Shown in pieces: positions 52,279 to 63,651 of a stretch of DNA of 64,000 nt. The number at the start of each line of letters is the position of its first letter. The stretch's first letter is position 1. The notes beneath the pieces were generated by a model, which was given only the letters and a program-made list of their open reading frames with translations, did no database searches and was not told the DNA's origin. Position numbers and translations under genes: made by a program. The DNA comes from Octopus sinensis (Eukaryota), in assembly GCF_006345805.1 (NCBI RefSeq), contig NC_043000.1, positions 3,720,001 to 3,784,000 of the forward strand. The letters are read 5' to 3'.

Positions 52279-52676
52279 TACTCTGTTACTTGTTTCAGTC
52301 ATTTGACTGCGGCCATGCTGGAGCACCGCCTTTAGTCGAGCAAATCGACCCCGGGACTTATTCTTTGTAAGCCCAGTACTTATTCTATCGGTCTCTTTTG
52401 ACGAACCGCTAAGTGACGGGGATGTAAACACACCAGCATCGGTTGTCAAGCAATGCCAGGGGGACAAACACAGACACACAAACATATACACACACACATA
52501 TATACATATATACGACAGGCTTCTTTCAGTTTCCGTCTACCAAATCCACTCACAAGGCATTGGTCGGCCCGGGGCTGTAGCAGAAGACACTTGCCCAAGA
52601 TGCCACGCAGTGGGACTGAACCCGGAACCATGTGGTTGGTAAGCAAGCTACCAACCACACAGCCACTCCTGCGCCT
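52279..52676 (-). mobile_element. SINE family A, full length
   Basis: Matches the family A consensus. Confidence 0.93.
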
Positions 52677-52974
52677 ATCGTGATGGTAATTAAAGTTGGA
52701 GGAAAGGACAAAGTATTTTACTTCCAGCTTAGCAAACCAGTCACGGTCAAACTGAAGCCTGCAGGACTTTCTGAATGGTCCGTCGAAAGACAAATTACTT
52801 CGATTTTATATTTAAAAAACATTTTTTTTTTTTTTTTTAGTTGTGTAGCCCATTTAATGATGATGAACCATGTTTCATGCAGCCTGATTCTCAAGAAAGG
52901 TTGTTCATGACTGTAATAAATTGATACAATATAGGTGATGATGAACTAAAATGATGATGAAAGAAATTGTAGAG

Positions 52975-53130
52975 CAGCAGAGACAAGAAGAAGAAGTAGT
53001 AGTAGTAGTAGTACTAGTAGTAGTAGTAGCAGTGGTGGTGGTGGTGGTAGTAGTGTAGTAGTAGTAGTAGTAGTAGCAGCAGCGCAGCAGCAGCAATAGT
53101 AGTGGTAATAGTAGTAGTAGTAGTAGTAGT

Positions 53131-53224
<94 letters not shown>

Positions 53225-53226
53225 AT

Positions 53227-53293
<67 letters not shown>

Positions 53294-53295
53294 AT
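52975..53295. repeat. Mosaic trinucleotide array (AGT)n/(AGC)n/(GGT)n
   Basis: Read directly from the sequence. Confidence 0.95.
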
Positions 53296-54165
53296 TTCAA
53301 AAAAATTTACAGAAATCTTAATTTTCATGTTTGGATGGAAAATCTGGTTTTTGTTACCAGGCAAAGTGATACCTGTAGACATGTTTGCTTATTATATGTT
53401 ATGTATGTCATTGTTCACCTTTATATCAAGATTTCTTGCCAATAGAGAAAGAGCCGGTTTCTAACCTAGAACCAAGCCTCCTTCATTGGAATTTCATCAT
53501 CAACAACAGGGTATTTTGGGATGTATGTATGTATGTATGTATGTATGTATGTATGTATGTATGTATGTGTGCAGATTTGTATGTTCTGTTTCATGTGTGT
53601 ATTCTCATGCATATAGTTGAATATCTAGACATGCTCATATATATTTAAATGATAAACTTCTGGAAAGTCTTACAGATTTTTACAGTTCCTGTGAGAGATT
53701 GGATTAATAGTCTTCGAATTAGCTTTCTCCTTTCTAGTTTTGAGAAGCCTAAATTCTCAAGATTGGTATTTAGGCAGTGTGTTACATATATATATATGTA
53801 TGTATGTATGTATGCATGTATGCATGTATGCATATATGTCTGTATGTATGTATGTATGTATGTATTTATGTATGTATGTATGTATTTATGTATGTAGGTA
53901 TATATGTATGTGTGTGTATGTGTGTATGTATGTATGTGTATGTATGTAGGTGTATATGTATGTAAGTGTGTATATGTGTGTCTCTATGTATGTATGTAAG
54001 TATTTATGTATGTATGCATAACAAAACAGGAAATTGGAAAATTTTTGGTATTGTTTATTCAACATTACACATGTTTCATTTTCTTATAGGAATTACAAAG
54101 TTCTACATGTTATTTAGACATGTAAAAAATTTCTTGGAAATTCTTCAGGCTGAGAAATTAAATAA

Positions 54166-54575
54166 TACTCTTTTACTCTTTTACTTGTTTCAGTCATTTG
54201 ACTGCGGCCATGCCGGAGCAGCGCCTTTAGTCGAGCAACTCGACCCCAGGACTTATTTTTTGTAAGCCTAGTACTTATTCTATCGGTCTCTTTTGCTGAA
54301 CCGCTAAGTTACAGGGACATAAACACACCAGCATCAGTTGTCAAGCGATGTTGTGGGGGGGAACAAACACAGACACACAAACACCTATATATATATACAT
54401 ATACATACATACAACGGGCTTCTTTCAGTTTCCGTTTACCAAATCCACTCACAAGGCTTTGGTCGGCCCGAGGTTATAGTAGAAGACACTTGCCCAAGGT
54501 GCCATGCAGTGGGACTGAACCTGGAACCATGTGATTGGTAAGCAAGCTACTTACCACACAGCCACTTCTGCGCCT
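54166..54575 (-). mobile_element. SINE family A, full length
   Basis: Matches the family A consensus. Confidence 0.92.
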
Positions 54576-54897
54576 ATATCTATTATTATTATTTAATTTT
54601 TCTGTTAGAAGAATTCCCAGTAGGAAATTCTTTACATGTCTGTCTAACATGTAAAACTTTGCAATTCCTATTAGCAAATGAAACATGTGTAATGGTGAAT
54701 AAATAACAAAAAAAAATTTCCAATTTCCTGTTTTGCAATACAATAACTCTACAAATAATATTTCCATAATTCTCAACTTTAATATTATTTTGACTAACCC
54801 ACAGCAGAAACTGAGACTACATATTGGATTGTAATAATGGAACAAGCAGTTGTGCTTCAAGAGGATACAGCTGGGATTTACCCTAACTACCTACATA

Positions 54898-55085
54898 ATA
54901 TGTGTGTGTGTGTTTGTCCCCCACCTCTGCTTGACAACCAGGGTTGGTGTTTTTATGTCCCTGTAACTTAGCAGTTCAGCAAAAAAACACCAATAAAATA
55001 AATACCAGACTTATAAAAATAAACAGGCAGTGGGGTCAATTCATTCAACTAAAAACTCTTCAAGGTGATGCCTCAGCATCAAGTA
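54898..55085 (+). mobile_element. SINE family A, 3' half, diverged
   Basis: gtgtgtttgtccccc...cttgacaacc...ggggtcaattcattcaactaaa. Confidence 0.75.
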
Positions 55086-55112
55086 AACAATTAATTGATA
55101 AAAGATAAAAGG

Positions 55113-55965
55113 TATATATGTATGTGTGTGTGTATGTATGTATGTATGTATGTATGTATGTATGTATGTATGTATGTATGTATGTATGTATGTATGTATG
55201 CATGTATCTATGTATGTATGTATGTATGTATGTATGTAGGTATGTATGTATGTATGTATGTATGAATGTATGTATGAATGTATGTATGTATGTATGTATG
55301 TATGAATGTATGTATGTATGTATGTATGTATGTATGTATGTATGTATGAATGTATGTATGAATGTATGTATGTATGTATGTATGTATGTATGTATGTATG
55401 CATGTATGTATGTATGTATGTATGTATGTATGTATGTATGTATGTATGTATGTATGAATGTATGTATGAATGTATGTATGTATGTAGTATGATGTATTAT
55501 GTATGTATGTATGTATGTATGTATGTATGTATGTATGTATGTATGTATGTATGCATGTATGCATGTATGTATGTATGTAGTAGATGCATGTATGTATATG
55601 TATGTATGTATGTATGTATGTATCTATGTATGTATGTATGTATGTATGTATGTATGTATGCATGTATGCATGTATGTATCTATGTATGTATGTATGTATG
55701 TATGTATGTATGTATGTATGTATGTATGTATCTATGTATGTATGTATGTATGTATGTATCTATGTATGTATGTATGTATGTATGTATGTATGAATGTATG
55801 TATGTGTGTATGTATGTATGTGCATGTGTGTATGTATGTATGTATGTATGTATGTATGTATGTATGAATGTATGTATCTATGTATGTATGAATGTATGTA
55901 TGAATGTATGTATGTATGTATGTATGTATGTATGTATGTATTATGTATGTATGTATGTATGTATG

Positions 55966-55997
<32 letters not shown>

Positions 55998-56671
55998 TGT
56001 ATGATGTATGTATGTATGTATGTATGTATGTATGTATGTATGTATGTATCTATGTATGTATGTATGATGTATGTATGTATGTATCTATGTATGTATGTAT
56101 GTATGTATGTATGTATCTATGTATGTATGTATGTATGAATGTATGTATGTATGTATGTATGTATGTATCTATGTATGTATGTATGTATGTATGTATGTAT
56201 GATGTATGTATGTATGTATGAATGTAATGTATGTATGTATGTATGTATGTATGGTATGTATGTATGTATTATGTATGTATGTATGTATGTATGTATGTAT
56301 TATGTATGTATGTATGTATGAATGTATGTATGTATGTATGTATGTATGAATGTATGTATGTATGTATGTATGTATCTATGTATGTATGTATGATGTATGT
56401 ATGTATGTATCTATGTAGTATGTATGTTGAATGTATGTATGTATGTATGTGTATGTATCTATGTATGTATGTATGTATGAATGTATGTATGTATGTATGT
56501 ATGTATGAATGTATGTATGTATGTATGTATGTATCTATGTATGTATGTATGTATGTATGTATCTATGTATGTATGTATGTATGTATGTATCTATGTATGT
56601 ATGTATGTATGTATGTATGTATGTATGTATGTATGTATGTATCTATGTATGTATGTATGTATGTATGTATG
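55113..56671. repeat. ~1.55-kb (ATGT)n array with variant units
   Basis: Read directly from the sequence. Interruptions include ATCT, ATGA and ATGC. Confidence 0.97.
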
Positions 56672-56727
56672 CACATGCACATATGCTCACATTTATGATA
56701 TATATATAAGCACATATATATATATAT

Positions 56728-56952
56728 ATATCATCATCATCATCATCATCATCGTTTAACGTCCACTTTCCGTGCTAGCATGGGTTGGACGGTTTGACCG
56801 GGGTCTGAGAAGCCAGAAGGCTGCACCAGGCCCAGTCTGATCTGGCAGTGTTTCGACAGCTGGATGCCCTTCCTAACGCCAACCACTCCGAGAGTGTAGT
56901 GGGTGATTTTTACGTACCACCGGCACGGAGACCAGACGAAGCTGGCAACGCC
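56728..56952 (-). mobile_element. RTE 3' UTR fragment (family C)
   Basis: (CAT)n gtttaacgtcc...ggatgcccttcctaacgccaaccactcc. Confidence 0.88.
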
Positions 56953-56989
56953 AAATATATTATATATATAAAGATATATATATTTTTGT

Positions 56990-57326
56990 ATGAGTTAGAG
57001 GTTAAGAAACCTCTAAGGGATATTAAATATCCAATATACTACTGGGTGTGTACCTAATTATTTGTTACCAATGGCAATATCACAATTGAGTATTAGGTAT
57101 GGGTGGGGGTAAATTAGAAATTTATCCAGGATTTATAAGGAAAATAAGAAAATGGAAAGGATATAGATTCGGCAAACATCAGCCAGTAAACAGTCAATAA
57201 TATCTATTTATTAAATGATTACAAACATATATGTGTGTGTGATACTAATTAACGAATGATATAAGTCAATAACTGCATAAACAGATATATATATACATAT
57301 ACGTATACATACATACATACACACAC

Positions 57327-57375
<49 letters not shown>

Positions 57376-58195
57376 ATATATATATAATATATATATATAT
57401 ACATACATATATATATAGAAACAAATGAATAATAATAGATGAGTGTACAGGTACTAATCCCTTATGGCCGTTTCTCCCATGAGGCAACAAAAACTTCCAA
57501 GTTATCTTCATCATGTCAGTGATATACAGGGATAAACAGACATTGGACAGGGTTTGGATAATGGATATGCCCCTAGGATTCTTCAGAGGGTCCAAATGTT
57601 AGGGAAATAATATGTGTGAAAGTCAGTTAAAAAATAGAGTAGAGTAAAATAAAATAAAATAATGTGATAGACATAGTAAGGAAAGGTAAGGTAAGGACTT
57701 CAATTAAGGTGTTAACATAATCCATGGTATTCCATCCTGTGGTAAGTAGATGATTAAAGTCATACCCAGGAGGAATTTCTGCCGGCTGCACTTTACATCG
57801 TGTTTCCATTATACTGGGGGAAATAGTGAAGGTCGTATGTTATGTGGTGGGTTTAATGGTTTGGTCCATGTTACAGGGGCTAGAGGTTAGATGCTAACCA
57901 CTATTTAGTAGATATAACATTATAAAAAGAGTTGGCAGAAATAACTTAGATTAAACCCATTAGGGGAAGTTTAATACATGAGTATATTATTGAAAGAAAA
58001 TTGGGTGACGCCTAAATGCAATGCTAATATTAGTTACTTCTTGACCAAAACCTAATTCCAAAACCCCTATATGTAGGGGTTAATTTATATCACTCACACA
58101 CAAGTTTGTAATCATTTAATAAATAGATATAATTGAATGTTTACTGGCTGATGTTTGTCAATTGTATAGCCTCTCCATTTTCTTATTTGCCCTAC
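56990..58195. repeat. Unclassified repeat fragments between (TA)n tracts, sharing a ~115-bp inverted segment (57137-57253 vs 58079-58194)
   Basis: Direct alignment, about 85% identical by eye. Possibly non-coding parts of Penelope-like elements (inference). Confidence 0.55.
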
Positions 58196-58226
58196 ATATA
58201 TATACACACGTGTGGGTATATATGTA

Positions 58227-58262
<36 letters not shown>

Positions 58263-58267
<5 letters not shown>

Positions 58268-59082
58268 GAATTGATAATAGAATAATACCTAGAATTCCTG
58301 GGAAAGTTCCTAGCCACTGCTTCATGGAACTGTAAAGGACGGTTCGATTTGATTTGTTTTCCGAAAGGTATAACAAACCAGATATAGTTTTTTGTGGACT
58401 TAGAATTGGTCATAGTGCTACTAGTGACAGTAAGGGGAAACTTTCTATTTCTCTTATGTACAGGGAAGCGGACGTTGTTAGAACTAAAATCATTATTACC
58501 ACTATTTCTATTGTTATTAGTTTTCTTATCCTGAGAAGTATATATTGGTTTAGAATGGGCTGGGTCGATGTATGATACTTTATCTCTATAACCAGCTTTT
58601 GACAAAGCGGCTTTATAAAATTCCACTTTTTGATTAAAGATATCGACATTAGCAGATAATTTTGACAGTCTTAAAGAAATATTCTTAACTAAATTATCGG
58701 TAATTGTTTTGGCATGATTACTGAAAATGCTGATATATTTAAGATTAGTAGAAGGTTTATGATAGGGGAAGTACGAATTATTCTGCAGACTTAGGGTAAT
58801 ATCTAAGAAGTTGGCTTTAGTTAATTCGTCGTCAAAAACTATGCTCAAGCCCATTCTACTAAAAAATCTAGCTAATCTGTTCTTAACCTTCTGTATTTTT
58901 TGGTTTGAAGTATTCTGGAGGTAAAGCAGACAATCGTCTCGATACAGACCGCCACAGATGTCAGGGAATTGGTCGGCCAATTCATATAGAATATAAATTC
59001 CAACCAAATCAGCTATCTGGGCGCTGTCTGTACTTTTCATTAGCACTTCGAACGCGTTAGGGGTGTCTCTGCGGACCCACAA
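58263..59082 (-). CDS. Penelope-like reverse transcriptase, partial (RT core and thumb)
   Basis: FEVLMKSTDSAQIADLVGIYIL, GLYRDD (58944-58933), NFLDITLSL, YFPYHKP...YISIFSNH, ALSKAGY, IWFVIPF. These follow the motif order I recall for Naiad/Chlamys PLE RTs. No stops in this segment. Confidence 0.88.
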
Positions 59083-59087
59083 CTTAT

Positions 59088-59930
59088 TCTAGGTATTATT
59101 CTATTATCAATTCACATAAGGTAAGAATTGCATTCTCTAACACTAGAAATCTATCGCAAATTATTGCTTCCCATGATAACAAGCTGCTAAACAAATATTC
59201 TTCACTCGGGAGTTCCAACACTATTCTTAACAATTCCAACCAAGCATACAATAATAATAATAGAAATAGTATTGATAGTACCAACATTCGTAGCAACATT
59301 ATTGTTAGCAATGATAATATTAATAATAGAATTAGTCGGGTCAATAACAGTGGTAGTGTTGATGGTAACAACAACAACAACATTTCTATTGTCAGTGATA
59401 ATGCCAGTTATAGTACAATTAATAATAATAACAATAAAAGAAATAGTCTAGTTGTTAATGCTAGAAATAATATAAACAGTAATCATAACAATAAAAACTC
59501 TGTCTTGATCTTGGAGGATAACCCTCACAGATTAGAGTTCTTGTCCAGTAATTCCAAAATTAAAAATTCCATTTACCAGTGTAAAATTTCTTACGGTACC
59601 GATGTCTTCTTCTATATTGGTGCAACAACTTCCCCATTGTCCCAAAGAATTTCCAACCATTATTCAACTTTCTGAGATAAGAGAAAACAACATAGTACAG
59701 GACTAAGTAATTTAGTTAGGCGTCTTAAGGACAACAATATAACTTTCAAGCTGGATTGGTCCATATTATCTGTATCCTTTCCTTTTGATAAGGGCAGGAA
59801 ATATTGTGGCGTCTATAATTCTGAACTCTTCTATATCCTTTTCGCCAAATTCCCCTTGGTAAACACAATAACAGAAAAATCCTATAGATGTAAACATTGG
59901 CAAAAACACACCTTCCACTCATATAAATAA
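59088..59930 (+). CDS. Penelope-like linker and GIY-YIG endonuclease, one in-frame TGA (59673-59675); absent from the ORF track
   Basis: SRYYSIINSHKVRIAFSNTRNLSQIIASHDNKLL, an Asn-rich linker, SIY (59568) ... YIGAT (59613) ... QRISNHYSTF*DKRKQHSTGLS...LDWSIL...YCGVYNSELFYIL...LVN...E...CKHWQKH*. Confidence 0.85.
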
Positions 59931-60460
59931 TAAATAATATAGATAACCTCTTTGGTTTTAATAATTACTTTCACGTCTACACCACTACCATAGACAAATT
60001 CTTTCTCTCTATTCTGTTGCATCAAACATTAATACTAAATATAGTTGGCGCATGTTTATCTCTTTCACTGTACCTCTCCCCCCTCTCTCTCTCTCTATCA
60101 TGCGCACAATCAAACACACAGACACAAATTTCTCACATTAATACTATATATATTTGACAATTGTCCCCCCCCCACACATACATTTGCAAACGCACACACA
60201 CAGACACAGATGCAGTTATATACACACACTCATACACACACACAAACACTCAAACTCATTAACAAAAACATACACCCGTCAATCCCCATACATACAGCAT
60301 ACATACTGTCCCCTTCCTATTTTTTTAAAAACTTCCTCCTTCCAACCAATTTTGACGTCATTGCTTATAACGGATTATTTTAAATAAATACTCATTATCA
60401 CTGTGGAAACCATGTAGGCAGTCATTAAGAAACTTTTGTTCATCTTGAGGCTGATAGAGG

Positions 60461-60559
60461 TTCCTTGTATTTCCTGATGAGAAGACGGCATAATGCAACC
60501 TTCATTCCTTCGGAGTTAAGAGTATGCAGTCTTCGAAACATATGTCGAAAGTAAAGGAA
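60461..60559 (+). ncRNA. Type I hammerhead ribozyme
   Basis: Stem I ttcctt-gta-tttc / gaaa-gta-aagga a; CUGAUGA 60474-60480; stem II GAAGAC(g)GCATA / TATGC(a)GTCTTC; GAAA 60535-60538; stem III AC-ATAT-GU; cleavage triplet GUC ending at 60546. Confidence 0.85.
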
Positions 60560-60590
60560 TTTTGTTAAAATCTTCGTTCGACTCCATTCT

Positions 60591-60626
<36 letters not shown>

Positions 60627-60639
60627 TTATACATGTACA

Positions 60640-60870
60640 GGTATAGCATCGATTTTCCTGACCCTTTGTAGATTACTCAGCAAGTTTGGGGGAGGAAGTA
60701 AGTTGATAACATTGACCGCAGTGTTCAACTGGTAGTTATTTTACCAACCCCGGAAAAATGAAAAGCAAAGTCAATCCCGGTGACATTTGAACTTAGAACA
60801 TAGAGACAGACAAGACACCACTAAGCATTTTGCCTGGCTTGCAAACAATTCTGCCAGCTTGCCACTTTAA
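60640..60870 (-). mobile_element. Degraded SINE family E
   Basis: gaaaagcaaagtcaatcccggtgacatttgaacttagaac...ttctgccagcttgccac. Confidence 0.7.
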
Positions 60871-61847
60871 ATTAAATAAATATTAAATTTACTTAGATAA
60901 TTAAATGAAATACAGGTACCTGTACATTAATGTAAGTTCATGAATATTATAAGAGGTTCCAGACCACCAGTACCCAGGAAATTGGGTAGTACTTGTATAC
61001 ATAAATGTGTGTAATTATATATATATATGAGTATGTGTGCATGTGAGTGCATATATATATATATATACATACATCTATACATATATATATATACACACAC
61101 ACATATATATACATGCATATACATACATGCGTACATACATATAGTGATCATGGGTTGAGAAGTATAACAATAAAGAGTATTTTAATAAACTTAAGTATAG
61201 AGGAATTTTTATTGACTCTGAAAAATATATTAATTTTGCAGGACAGAAGCAACAACTGACAGTTTGAGATCTAAATTTCCTTGAAAATCATTTTGTATCT
61301 TCAGTAGACCAAAAAAAAGTCTGTCTTTGTTGAGCGGCAATTTTTTCAATCAGCCTCTATACACATACTCTCACATATAAACACACATATGCATTCTATC
61401 CTCAACTGTAAGAACAAATAGGAATATAGAGAAAGTAAAAGTGAAAGAGAGAACAGGAAAAAAGTGGAGATAGAAAGGGATAAAAAAGAACAAGTGTAGG
61501 AAAAATTTCAGAAAAATTCAAATATTTCCAGGATTCAAGCTAAACATTTAGAAGAAAAATCAAGGAAATTTTGAAAAATATTTTCTGATTAAGAAGTTTA
61601 ATGGGAAAAGATAAAACCATTTTCCTGCATGAAAGAGGTTATGGGGTAGGTGTCCAATATCTAAGTATGAATTTTCTTTCATGTATGTTTGAAGACCTCT
61701 GTTTCTGTAATAAATACAATCATGGCATTCATAAGTTCTATAGAATTATATTCTTACTTTACTCTGCAGAGCTTCAACATGATTGCTTGACCTACTGGAA
61801 ATACTGCTGGAAATAGCAGCCAAATTTCCTTGAAATTCTACCCTAAC

Positions 61848-62330
61848 ATCATCATCATCATCGTTTAACGTCCGTTTTCCATGCTAGCATGGGTTGGACG
61901 GTTCAACCGGGGTCTGGGAAGCCAGGAGACTGCGCCAGGCTCCAGTCTGATTTGACAGTGTTTCTACAGCTGGGTGCCCTTCCTAATGCCAACCACTCTG
62001 TGAGTGTAGTAGGTGCTTTTCACATGCCACTAGCACAGGTGCCAGGCGAGGCTGGCAATCAGTTGGTGCTTTTTACATGCCACCGGCACGGAAGCCAGTC
62101 AAAGGTCTCAGTCACTAGTCATTGCCTCAATGAGGCCTAATGTTCGAAGGTTGTGCTTCACCACCTTGTCCCAGGTTTTCCTGGGTCTACTTCTTCCACA
62201 CGTTTCCTCACCTATCTTCATCCATTCTCGCCACATGACCATACCAGTGCAATCGTCTCTCTTGCACACCACAACTGATGCTTCTTAGGTCCAACTTTTC
62301 TCTCAAGGTACTTACACTCTGTCGAAACAT
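61848..62330 (-). mobile_element. 5'-truncated RTE LINE: ORF end contiguous with the family C 3' UTR and (GAT)n tail
   Basis: Minus strand reads ERRLHWYGHVARMDED...GRSRPRKTWDKVVKHNLRTLGLIEAMTSD, running directly into the family C sequence. Confidence 0.9.
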
Positions 62331-62624
62331 CTTAAATAAAAGATATATTGGATAATGTAGTTTCTGATATACAAAAAGACAGAGTGGTTACAATAAAAAC
62401 CTCTTTTATTGTAAGTCTGTCCAGTCAGAACTGATCTGGGACTAAACAACAACCAAATTTACTTTGAGCCAACAAAGTAAGGCCTCTACACAGTCACTCA
62501 AGAGGTTAGAAGTAGTAACAAAATTTCCTTCAAGTGACATCTGATCATTTAAAATTGGTCAATATAGTCCTATATAGAATGATAATCACAATTTCTATTT
62601 TAGTATGATCTCAGCTGTCTGACA

Positions 62625-62990
62625 AACTTCTTTCTTCTTTCTTCTTTATGCCTTTAACCCTCCAATGCGGAGTATAGGCCACTTATAATTGAATTCCATG
62701 TCGCATAATTTTTCGCTTCCCTACTTATACTCTGCCATGAATGTCCCCCTTTCTCTAGTTCCTTTTGTGTTGATCTAAGCCACAAGTTCTTACGCCAACC
62801 TCTCTTTCTATATCCACCCGGTTTCCACTGTAAAGCACTTTTCGCTACATTTCGTGTTTCTTTTCTAATTGTGCTACAATGAGACAGGCAAACAACAGTT
62901 AAGTCAAATAAGCAAATACAATCATTCATCAACAGATGCTTGCGTAGTATACTTAAAATTAGATGGCCCAAACACATAAGCAATATGGAG
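62625..62990 (-). mobile_element. RTE-clade LINE 3' end, third family
   Basis: Reads AKSALQWKPGGYRKRGWRKNLWLRS...SWQSISREAKNYATWNSIISGL*, with an (AAGA)n-like tail. Confidence 0.75.
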
Positions 62991-63265
62991 CAAAGAACGA
63001 ATCAAGTTTCGATTAGGGAGCAAATATTAAAAAAAAAATGCCTCACAAACAGTAACATGAAACTCTGAGTAGGAGTTTTGAAGATTGGTGGGGGGGGGGG
63101 CGTTAATAAACAACATATTACTCTACCTTTGGTATTTGAGTACTATTTTTTCCCACCTTGTTTTGCATTTATGTGCTTACTTGTGTATATATAAAATAAT
63201 ATAAATATGACATAAACTCGGGGGAAATCATCAGAAATATTTTCTCCATTTGTATCTTTAAAGAT

Positions 63266-63493
63266 TTAACCCTTTAGCATTCAGATCATTCTGTGAAATG
63301 TAATGTTTATTCATAAACACTATTTTGAATTAATCCTATATTACCTTGCAGGTTTGGGATTTTGATGCTGCAACTGTATATTTTTAGAATGACATTGTAG
63401 GACAGGTGTGAGGGGCCATACCTGGCTATTTTGAACATAAAACAGGTAGACTATTTCAGCCAAATATAGCCAGTTTAAATGCTTAAAGATTAA
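63266..63493. mobile_element. piggyBac-like MITE
   Basis: TTAA|ccctttagcatt ... aatgcttaaaga|TTAA. A second copy occurs at 33217. Confidence 0.7.
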
Positions 63494-63651
63494 ACAATTT
63501 AACTGTAGATTTAACTTTGTAGACCCCCTTTTCTTTAAAAACCAAGTAACTAATTTTCTAATTATACCAGTTGATAATGACTTACATTTATTTTTACAAA
63601 TCAGAATTAAGCAAAAGTTTTATTTGTTGGATAATATTTTGCTTGTTTCCC

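Larger units (their letters stand above)
58263..60597. mobile_element. Penelope-like retroelement (Naiad-like), 5'-truncated with inverted 5' segment, inserted in (TA)n
   Basis: RT on the minus strand (58263-59085), GIY-YIG on the plus strand (59088-59930), a 33-bp inverted duplication at the breakpoint, and a 3' tail with a hammerhead. (TA)n lies on both sides. Confidence 0.88.

Noticed and set aside
55041-56759. Long MYVC/HTYI-type ORFs (also at 20836-21269, 46107-46346, 53014-53464)
   Set aside because: Stop-free translations of microsatellites.
57457-57533. Minus-strand hammerhead-like pieces (atccct ... CUGAC ... GAAAC GGCC AUA agggau)
   Set aside because: The core is not adjacent to stem I, stem II is not convincing, and G16.2 is missing. 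At best a decayed remnant.
57627-57809. 60-aa ORF METRCKVQPAEIPPGYDF...
   Set aside because: It lies inside a repeat-like fragment between (TA)n tracts, with no recognisable domain or splice context.
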